Shown: one piece after another, positions 1-9,900 of the stretch | Layout of the letters: every line of letters begins with the position of its first letter | How positions within the stretch are numbered: the stretch's first letter is position 1 | DNA from: Candidatus Muiribacteriota bacterium | GTDB lineage: Bacteria; Muiribacteriota; Muiribacteriia; Muiribacteriales; Muiribacteriaceae | Length of the DNA: 16,093 nt | Direction: 5' to 3' | Assembly (NCBI GenBank): GCA_051747805.1 | Contig: JBNJGP010000060.1 | Span: forward strand, 1 to 16,093 | Notes under the pieces: generated by a model | What the model was told of the DNA's origin: nothing | Seen by the model: the letters and a program-made list of their open reading frames with translations, nothing else | Database searches by the model: none | Made by a program: the position numbers and the translations under genes

Positions 1-6
1 AGACCA

Positions 7-100
7 TTTACTGTTATCGATAGATAACTTTACTATCACCTTTAGGTGATTTTACTAAGCTGAAAGCTTTTTACTTTTATGTAGGCCTGACCACAAAAGT
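7..100. repeat. Array of constant TTTACT linkers alternating with variable short hairpins
   Basis: TTTACT at 7, 29, 51 and 70. Between them: GTTATC-GATA-GATAAC (13-28), ATCACC-TTTA-GGTGAT (35-50), AAGCT-GAA-AGCTT (57-69). An imperfect hairpin follows at 73-100. Confidence 0.8.
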
Positions 101-167
101 CTTTAAAAAAAATTTGCTAAACTCAAATAAAAAGACAAAAAATTCGGGATTTTCTAAGGATTAAATT

Positions 168-728
168 ATGAATAATAAAAGAGTTCCTAAAAAAATGTTT
201 TTAACTAAAGGAGCCGGCGTGCACCGTGAAAAGCTGGGCTCTTTTGAAGAGGCGCTTCGCGAGGCTCAAATCGCCTGTTATAATCTGGTAAAGGTATCAA
301 GTATTTTTCCTCCTTACTGCAAAATAGTACCAGTAAAAGAAGGGGTTAAAAGTTTAGCTCCCGGTGAAATAACTTTTTGTGTAATGGCGGAAAATTCAAC
401 TGCTGAGCCAGGCAGGCTGATATCCTCATCTGTTGGTATTGCAATCCCAAAGGATTCTTCTCATTATGGATATTTATCAGAGCATCATTCTTTCGGGATG
501 GATGCAGCTAATTCCGGAGACTACGCAGAGGATCTTGCAGCCTCTATGCTGGCCTCTACTCTAGGGGTAGATTTTGATATTGAGCAGAGCTGGGATGAAA
601 GAAAAGGTATTTGGAAAATGCAGGATGATATAGTTGCCCCAAAAAATATTACTATGTCGGCAAAGGGGGATTCTAAGGGTAGGTGGACAACGGTTATTTC
701 GGCTGCCGTTTTCTGCGAGTTCAGATAG
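168..728 (+). CDS. pdaD: Pyruvoyl-dependent arginine decarboxylase (PvlArgDC/PdaD/AaxB family) proenzyme
   Basis: 186 aa. Family motifs [25 protein letters not shown] (Ser44-Ser45 self-cleavage site), [23 protein letters not shown] and C-terminal [19 protein letters not shown] at 155-160. Confidence 0.92.
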   Translation: MNNKRVPKKMFLTKGAGVHREKLGSFEEALREAQIACYNLVKVSSIFPPYCKIVPVKEGVKSLAPGEITFCVMAENSTAEPGRLISSSVGIAIPKDSSHYGYLSEHHSFGMDAANSGDYAEDLAASMLASTLGVDFDIEQSWDERKGIWKMQDDIVAPKNITMSAKGDSKGRWTTVISAAVFCEFR

Positions 729-851
729 AAAGGCAAAAAAATTATTGGTTACGGGTAAAAAAATATTTTATTTAAAAAAAAATAAAAAAAATAAAAAATA
801 TGATAACATAATTCTTAAGCGCTTTTTTAATTTCTGAATAATAATAATTTT

Positions 852-885
852 TGAGCTTTTAAAAATTTTTAAGCTCATATATAAT
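852..885 (+). promoter_or_regulatory. Inverted repeat TGAGCTT-N12-AAGCTCA overlapping a candidate sigma70 promoter for the TPR-rimO operon
   Basis: Arms at 852-858 and 871-877. Perfect TATAAT at 880-885. Weak -35 TTTAAA at 858-863 (16-bp spacer). The AT-rich context lowers specificity. Confidence 0.4.
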
Positions 886-937
886 CATTTCCCTTTTTCA
901 AGAGACTGTTGAAATAGGAAATAAAATAAAGAGTTTC

Positions 938-944
938 AGGAGGG
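938..944 (+). promoter_or_regulatory. Shine-Dalgarno site of the giant TPR gene
   Basis: AGGAGGG ending 9 nt before ATG 954. Confidence 0.85.
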
Positions 945-953
945 TAATCAACA

Positions 954-3900
954 ATGCTTTTGTCCTGTCCGTTTTTAGGCTCAAAAGATTCCAAAAATGA
1001 GCACGAATTCTGTATAAAAGAAAAATGTCAGTTTTTTAATGTGAAAACAAGAAGTTGTTTTATTGCCACAATTGGAGAAGCTTCTTTAAAATATTTAAAC
1101 TATACAAAAACATATAATCAGGAAAGAGAACTTGAAAGAGAAAAAGAAAGTGTTGAAAAACTTGATGTTTTAGAAAAAGAGGAAAAATATAATATACTTC
1201 TTTCAAAATGTTTTAATCTGATTAAAAATGGTAATATAAATGAGGCCGAACTGGAACTTAAAAAATCACTGATTTACAATCCGGGCGGGTTTCAGGCACT
1301 TGTTTTTTTAGGAGATATTTATAGTCAGCAGGAAAGGTCCGACGAGGCCGTGATTGCTTATAAGGAAGCTCTTAAAATAAAACAGAAATCCAGTATTATA
1401 AGGAAACTTATAAATCAGTATTCTTTGTTATATAAAGATTTTCCGGATAAAAACTCTTTTTATAAAGAAATAATTCATAAATTTGAAAAGGAAACGGATG
1501 GGAAAAAACCCGAATATGGCTTTTTTGGTTTAGGATGTGCCTATTTTGTTTTTGAGCTTAAAGATATAAAAAAATCCTCCCGTATGGAAATGGCTTTTTC
1601 AAATATAAAAAAAGCTATAGAGCATAATCCTTCAATGACTGAATCATATTTTCTGTTATTTGATATAAACAGTGAATACTCAATACTTGAGGGCGAAGAA
1701 ATTTTAAAAATGCAAAAAAAAGCCGTAGAGTTTGAGCCTGAAAACCCATGGACAAATCTTTATCTTGCGCTTGCATATTTAAAATTTGGTTCGCATTATG
1801 ATGCCCAGAAAGTTATGGGTAGAATAAAAAAGAGTGTTGAACTTGCGCCAGATGACTGGGAAATAATTTATTATTATGGATATATTCTTGAAAGTTATCA
1901 TTATCTTTCAAAAGCTGCCAGTCAATATGAAAAAGCCCTTGATTTAAGCCCTAATAATCGGAGAGTTATGGAAGCTTTAGCCCATTTGTTTGAAATAAGC
2001 AACCTGTATGATAAAACAATTGAAGTTTATACTTCTTTAAATGAACTTGAGCCAGAAAATCTATGTTATATTGAAAAATTAGGCTGGCTTTTAAGTTTAA
2101 AAGGTAATTATAGCGAGGCTGCCGGGCATTACAGGTATTTAATGCAGAAAAAACCTTTAAACGGAGATTATTACAAAAATTATTATAAAAATGTCTCTTT
2201 TACACTTCAGAATACAGAAAAAGAAAATCTTTTAAATGAATTAAAAAAAGAAATGGAACTTGAAACATACAACTATATTAAATGGGTACATTATTTTTAT
2301 GGAGTAATCTATTTAAAAGGAAACTATTATGAAGAGCCTGTTTTTTCAGAGGTTAAAGATGTTTTAAATCGAATAATGTCAATAGAGCCTGATTTTTATC
2401 ATGCCTGGTGGGAAATGGCCTCAATATTTGCAGAAAAAGAAAAAACACATGATGAGGCATTTTCTCTTGTTAATCAGGTGCTTAAAAAAGAAGGAATAGA
2501 CTCCGTTGCTTATTATAACTGTGCAAAAGTTTTCAGAAAGCTTGGTCAGAAAAGCAGGGCAGTTGATAATCTTGAGAGGGCGGTCGAACTCTGCCCGGAT
2601 TACCGCGAGGCGCATCAGGAGCTTTTAAATATTTATGACGCTAATGAAGAAGTTGAGAATTTGAAAAAAGCCGCCGACAGGTTTATTCAAATTTATCCTA
2701 ATGAAAGCGAAGCCTACTATTATATAGGTAGAATTGCTCTTAGAAGGAATAATATTGAAGAGGCATGTGATAGCTTAAAAAAGGCAGTTGAAATTGATCC
2801 GCATTTTGAAAATGCGAATTATCTTCTTGCTGTTATTCATGAAGAAAACTCCATGTTTGAGCTTGCAAAAACTTATTTTGAAAAAACAGTTGAGCTTAAC
2901 TCTGATAACTTTGAGGCCAATTTCCGTTTAGGTAAATTATATAAGCGGGATAAAGACTTTAAAAAATCTGAAACTTTTTTAAGAAAATCCATAGATTTAA
3001 AAAATGATTTTGTTGATGCTTATATTGAACTAGCAAGGCTGTATGTTGAGAGCAATATGTCTGCAAAGGCTGTAGGAATGTATGAGAAAGCTTTGGCCAT
3101 CAAGGAAGATATCTGGGTTTATTTTGAGCTTGCAGATGTTTTTGTTTCGTTAAAAAAATATGAGGCCTGTGTAAAAATTATTAAAAAGATTCTTGCTAAA
3201 GAAGATGACAATATTATGGCCAGATTAAAACTTGGGTATGCGTATATGGAAATGGGTCTTCTTGAGTCTGCACAGGAAGAACTTAAAAAAATTATAAAGC
3301 TGGACAGGAAAAATATTGATGCCAGAATGGCGCTGGCAGATGTTTATTTGAAAAATAATCTGGTAGGTGCAGCAATTGTTGAGTATAGAAAATCAATTGA
3401 AATTGACCCGTATAATATAAAGGCCCATATTAAACTTGCAGAAGTTTATCAATATCAGAAATCTTTTAATGAGGCTATTGATGAGTATAAAGAGATTTTA
3501 AAAATTGATAAAAATAATACAGAAGCCTATTATAAGCTTGGAGAACTTTATTTTTCACAGCATAAATACGAAGAGGCTCGAAACTGTTTTGATAAAGTAA
3601 TAAATTTTGATTCTGATTATCTGGTTGCATATAAAAGACTTGGTGATATTTATTATAAAACTGCAGAATATCATGAGGCTATTTCTAAATATGAAAAAGT
3701 TATTGAAAGTGAGCCCTCTGATTTAGATGTTTTTTATAAAATAGCATGTTGTTATTTTGAGTTGCAAATTTACTCTAAATCACAACAGTATTTTGAAAAA
3801 GTAATTGCTCTTGATGAAAATTTTGCCGAGGCTTATTATTATAAGGGGGTTATTGACTCTGTCAACGAAAAATATAATGATGCTGTTCAGAATTTAAAAA

Positions 3901-6900
3901 AAGCCTCTATTCTTTCCCCTAAAAACATAAACTATCATGTTGAGCTTGCACGTAATTATGATAAACTTGAAAATTTCAACGAATCACTTCGTCAGTACAT
4001 GCTTGTTTTAGAAGTTGATACAAAAAATAAAGAGGCAATGTACAATATTGCCCTTATTTTTAAAAGACAGGGTGAGTTTGACCGTGCGCTTGAATTTTTA
4101 CAGAAGGCAATTGATTATTATCCGGGTTTTGTTAATGCCTGGTTTGAACTTGGAAAACTTAATGTTATAAAGGGAAGGCTTGACAAGGCAATAAACTCTT
4201 TCAGGAAAGTAATAACAACTGATAATAATTTCCTTGAGGCCTATTATGAGCTGGGAAAAGCCTATAAAAACCAGGGTATGCTTGAAGATGCGGTTAAACA
4301 GTTTGAGAAGCTTATAAATACTGAAGATTATTCTGTTCGGGCAAATGATGAACTTGGTGTACTTTATTTATCGCTTGATGAAAGGGATAAGGCGGTTAAA
4401 GCTTTTGAATTTGTTGCTGAGAGCGAACCTGATAATTCGCGTGTTCATTTTGAGCTTGGGCGATTATATTATGAAAAATATGATTATGATAAGGCAATTG
4501 AAGAGTTTAAAAAAGCTCTTGAAAATGAGTTTCAGAATCCATTTATTCATTTTGAACTTGGAGAGGTTTATTTTAATCTTCAGATGGAAGAAGAGGCTGT
4601 AGAGCAGTTTAATATTGCAATTTCTATTGATTCAGATTATGTCGAGGCGCATCAGAGGCTGGGAAATATATATTTAAATCAGGGACAGCTTCAAGAGGCT
4701 CAAAAAAGTCTTCAAAAAGCACTTGAAATTGATGACGATAATGAAGAAGTTTATTATGAACTTGGACAGATTTATGAAAAAACGGGCAAGGTTGGCGATG
4801 CTATAAATTGCTATGAGGCTGCATTGAAACGGAAGAAAGATTATATTAACGTGATTTATAAACTTGTGGGGCAGTATAAAAAAGCCTCAAGATATAAAGA
4901 TATTATTGATGTGCTGGAAAAAGCTATTATAAAAAACAGCCATAACTCGCTTTTTGCCTATGAGCTTGGAATAGCATACAGAGAAATTAATAAAAAAGAA
5001 TTATCAATGCAGTATTTAAAAAAAGCGCTCTCACTTAATCCTGAATTTGTTGATGCTATTTATGCACTAGCAGATTTACAGGCAAAAATGAAAAATTATA
5101 ATGAGGCAATTAACACTTATCAGAAGGCGATAAAAATATTTCCTAATAACGTTAAGGCTCATTTTGAACTTGGGAAGCTCTTTTTAAATAAATATCTTAT
5201 AAATGAGGCAATTGAAGAGTTTAAAAAAGTACTTAACCTTGATAGAAGTTATAGAGAGGCCTATACAGAGCTTGGAGAAATATATATTGCCAACGGACTT
5301 CTTGAGGATGCTTTAGAAAACTATAAAACCGCCGTTGATATAGCTCCTGAGGACAGTCGAATTCACTACCGGCTGGGAACCATTTATGACAAGCTTGGTT
5401 TTAACTCAGAGGCAAAAAATCATTATGAAGAGGCAAATAAACTTGATCCTGAAAATGCTGATATTTATTTTAAACTCGGTGTTGATCATGAGAAAAACAG
5501 GGAGTTTGAAAAGGCAATTAAAAACTACGAAAAGGCACTTGAGTATGATGCAGATTATAATGAAGTTTACAAAAGACTTGGAGATATATATCTTCAAATT
5601 GGAAGTTATGACAAGGTTATTGAAAATATAGAAAGATATAATAAAAATAAAAAAGATGATGAATATTCATGGTATATTTCTGGAAAAGCCCATTATCATC
5701 TTGATAATTTACTTAAGGCGGAAACAAATTTAAAACGCGCCATAAATATTAACAGCCAGTTTAGAGAGGCTGTATGGACTTTAGCGCAGGTACTTATTAA
5801 ATCAAAAAATTATGATGAGGCACTTTCTAATCTGGAAACTCTCAAGAATACCGAATACGAAAACAGTCAGCTTTATTATTATATTGGAGTAGCCTTAATT
5901 TACAGTCAGAAATTTGACGAAGGAATTAAAGTTTTGAAAAAATCGGCCCATATGGATAATTATAACAAAGAAACTGTTGTAAAAATATTAAATGTTTTCC
6001 GTGATAATAATCTGACAATGGAAGCACTTTCTTTTATTGATGAAGTTTCTAAAGAAAAAGATTATGTTGAACTTTATCTTGAAAAAGGAAGGGTTTATTT
6101 TGCAGAAAATCGTATTGATGAAGCTTTTCATGAATATAATAAAGTTAAGGATAAATTCCCGGATACAGCCGAAATTCATGTAGAAATGGCAGATTTATAT
6201 ATAAGAAAAGATATGTTTATGGAGGCTTTAAATGAGCTTCATAAGGCTGAAAGTAAATCACCTGATTCTGTAGAAGTTCAAAATAAGTTTGCATATATTT
6301 TTGAAAAAAGAAATCAGAAAGCTAGGGCAGTTGAAAAGTATGAAAAAGTACTTGAGCTTGATCCCACAAATGTTGAGGTTTTTAAAAAACTGGCCAATCT
6401 CTATTATGCTGATGGTGAAAAATCCAGGGCAAGAGATTATTTTGAAAAATATAATGAGTTTAAACCTAGAGATATCGAAGTTTATGGAAAACTTGCAGAA
6501 ATTTATGAGGAAGAAGGTCAGTACAGTGAGCTTGGCTCAATATACAAAAAAATTCTTGAGCTTGACCCTGAAAATATGAAAGCTTTAAAAGGGCTGTTTA
6601 TATATTATATAAAAACAGAAAATGAGCCTGAAGCATCAAGGCTTTTTGAAGACCTGCTTGAAAAAGATATTGAGGCGTCAATACTGAAAAAATATGCAGA
6701 ACTGCTTGAAAAAACTGGTAATACAGAAAATGCGATTCTGGCATATGAGAAAATAGTAAAAATTGATAAAAATAATGAGATTATTGAAAAACTCGCCTAT
6801 TTTTATCTGGAACAGAATGTACTGGATAAGGCTTTTGATTATTATAAAATGCTTCTTGAACGAACTCAGGATAAAGAGCATAAAGAAAAAATACAACTTA

Positions 6901-9900
6901 AAATTGCAGAGATTTTTGAAAAACAAGATTTGCTTGAGCAGGCACTTGATATATATATGAACATTCTTAAAAACAATGAAAATGATTCCAGAATACATTA
7001 TAAAATCGCCTATATTAACAAAGAACTTGGAAGTTACAAGAGTGCAAAAGAGTTTTTTATGAAGGCTTTAAAACTTGGTTTAAACAATGCTGATGTTTAT
7101 TTTGGCATGGGAGAGATTTATTTTAAAGAAAATAACTATAATGAGTCACTTAAATATTTTGAAAAGGCAAGGGAGCTTGAGCCAAACTATCCTGACCTTT
7201 CGTACATGCTTGGAAAAATATATGCTTATAAAAACATGTTTAAAAAAGGAATACAGGTTTTTGGTGAAATTGTAAGTCGTGAAGATGCCAAAATAGGTGA
7301 TTATATTATGCTGGCAGAAATGTACTGGAAAACTGAGCACTATGATAAAGCTGTGGAAGTTTTAAAAAAGGCGCTGAAAGTAGATTCTGAAAATATGGAT
7401 ATATATATTATGATGGGAAAAATTCATCGTGATTCAGGTAACTTTGAAGGGGCCTATAAACTGTTTAAAAAAGTGCTTGAAATAGCTCCAATGCGTTCTG
7501 AGGCAAAAGTCGAACAGGCTGTTACGCTTGGCATTCAGAATAAAAATGATGAGGCTGTTTCTAAGTTAAAAGAAGTTATAACAAGCGATCCCGCAAACTC
7601 AACTGCAAGAATAGAGCTTGGTAAGGTTTATAAAAAAACTGGTATGATTGATAAAGCAGTGCTTGAGTTTAAACAGGTAATAGAGGTAGAACCAGATAAT
7701 TACGAAGCCCATATTGAGCTGGGAAAACTTTATTATTCCATTGGTAAATCCTATAAAGATGAAATAATGATAAACAATGCTATAAATGAGTTTTCAACCG
7801 CAAAAAAAATAAATTCCGGAAGAGCACAGGCCTTTTATAATTTAGCAGTAGTATTTAAAGAAAAAAATATGTTAACAGAGGCTGTTAATGAAATTAAGAG
7901 GGCGGTTGAAATTGAGCCGGATAATCCTGAAGTAAAAGAACTTTACAGTCAGTTTAGTCATAATGAGCAGAAAAAAGAAATTGAAGAAAAAATTAAACAG
8001 GCAGAAATTTATTATGACAGAGGAATGGCAGAGAATGCGCTTAAAGAATACGAAGATATTATGGAGTTTGCACCAGAGGATTATAAGGCATACTATGAAA
8101 TAGCTCAGATTTATTATGAACAGGAAAATTTTGATGAGGCCGTGAGTTTTTATCAAAAGGCAAAAGAAAAAAATCCAGATTTTACTGATTCGTACTATAA
8201 ACTGGGAATAATTTATTTTAATAAAAATGATTTAGAAAAAGCACTTGAAGAGTTTAACGAACTTATAAAGAGGGATTATGCTCATGTTGAGGGGCATTTT
8301 TATGCTGGCTCCATTAACTGGCTACAGGGGGATATTGAAAAAGCGTTAGAAGAGCTTAGAACCTCTATAAGTATGGATGAGGCACATATTCCAAGTTATA
8401 TAAAAATTGGGGAAATACTTGAGGCTAAGCAGGATTATAATGAGGCAAAAAAAATATATGATAAACTTTTAACTCTGGAACCTAATAATAACCAGGCCCG
8501 TAAATTTTTTGAGAATATGCATAAACAGCAAGCTGCGGAGGAAATTGATACTTTGCTTAAACAGGCACAGGAATTCGAGGGTAATGGTGATTTAGAAAAT
8601 GCAATGGTAAAATATCAATCTATAGTTGAAATAGATCCGAATCATCTTGAGGCCAGGTTCAGGTTAGGAAAGATTTATGAGCTACAGGAGATTTTCTCAA
8701 AAGCCTTTTTTGAATACGAAAGATGTCTTGAAAATGATGATAAGCAACAGTTTAAGCAGGTGAGTTTTAAGGCCGGACTTCTGGCGTTCAAACTAGCTGA
8801 GTTTGATAAGGCAATAAATTATTTACAAATGGCAATTAAAAATTATCCTGAAAACTTTGAAATCCGGGTAAAACTTATTGAAAGTTATAGAGAAAAATTC
8901 TTTAAAGAAGAGTATTCACCTCAACAGATGGAGGAAATAGTTGATAATTATCAGCAGAATGTTAAAAACAATCCTGATAATGCCATGGCCCATTTTGAGC
9001 TGGGGTATTTTTATTCGATAATGCCTGAGAATGCATTTACAGCCTCAAATATAAAGGGAAATGCGATTACCGAGCTCGAACAGGCATGTAAACTTGATAA
9101 TAAAAACACCTTTTTCAGAGCTCAGCTTGGGGATACATACAACAAGGCAGGTATGTATGATAAAGCAATAACAATTTATGAAATGATTGTTTCTGAAGAT
9201 GATGAAAATACTGATACTATGCATAAATTATCTAAATTATATACCTTAATGAAAGATTATAAAAAGGCGTCAAGTTATTACAAAAAAGTTATTGAGATTG
9301 ACCCTTATGATGGTCTTGCTGGCATGGGTTATGTTGATTCATTATATATGGATTACAGTGAGACGGATGAAAAAGAAAAGAAATTTTTTGAGTTTAAAAA
9401 AGCTTTTCGTGATGTGGCTGAAGAAAGAAGAAAAGACCCTATGGCATACTTTCTCTTAGGTTATTCTAATATGAAGCTTATTCCAACTGTTTCAATGTCA
9501 AATGATGATAAGGTTAACGCTGTGTCAGCCTTTAAAATGGCGATTTCAATAGACCCTGATTTTCTCTGGCCTTATTTTGCGATGAGAAGATTGTTTAATA
9601 AAGAGGGAGTTGACTCAGAAGAGCCAAACTACAGTGCAGCTATTGATATTGCAAGAAAAGCCCTTGAAAGAAACCCGAACAATGCATATGCAAGATTCGA
9701 GCTTGCGGAAGCTTATAATGAGAATTTAAAAATCAATATGAAAAATGATGCGATTGAGGAATACAGAGCCGCAATCAGACTTAATAATGACTTCATGGAG
9801 GCGCACTTTAAACTTGCCTCACTTTATAAAACTAAAAATATGCTTCAGGAATCTATGAAAGAGTATAATCGCGTTATTGAGCTTGATCCAAACTCCGCTT

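Noticed and set aside
7..75. CRISPR array interpretation of either linker array (also 15716-15771)
   Set aside because: The constant parts are only 6-8 nt and the variable parts are 13-16 nt and self-complementary. No cas genes are present in the window.
80..90. TGTAGGCCTGA matches the start of enterobacterial REP sequences
   Set aside because: Only 11 nt, and the remainder of the REP palindrome is absent. Likely coincidence.
735..800. Poly-A tracts after pdaD as a repeat or phase-variation element
   Set aside because: They are intergenic, irregularly spaced and typical of AT-rich promoter-upstream DNA. No supportable specific function.
521..837. ORFs 521-736 (-) and 634-837 (+)
   Set aside because: They overlap the well-supported pdaD. 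The second runs into poly-A low-complexity DNA. No motifs or RBS.
2421..8156. Ten short alternative-frame or antisense ORFs inside the TPR gene
   Set aside because: Shadow ORFs expected from the biased codon usage of a long AT-rich repeat gene. Their Ile/Phe/Leu/Lys-rich translations have no recognisable motifs.
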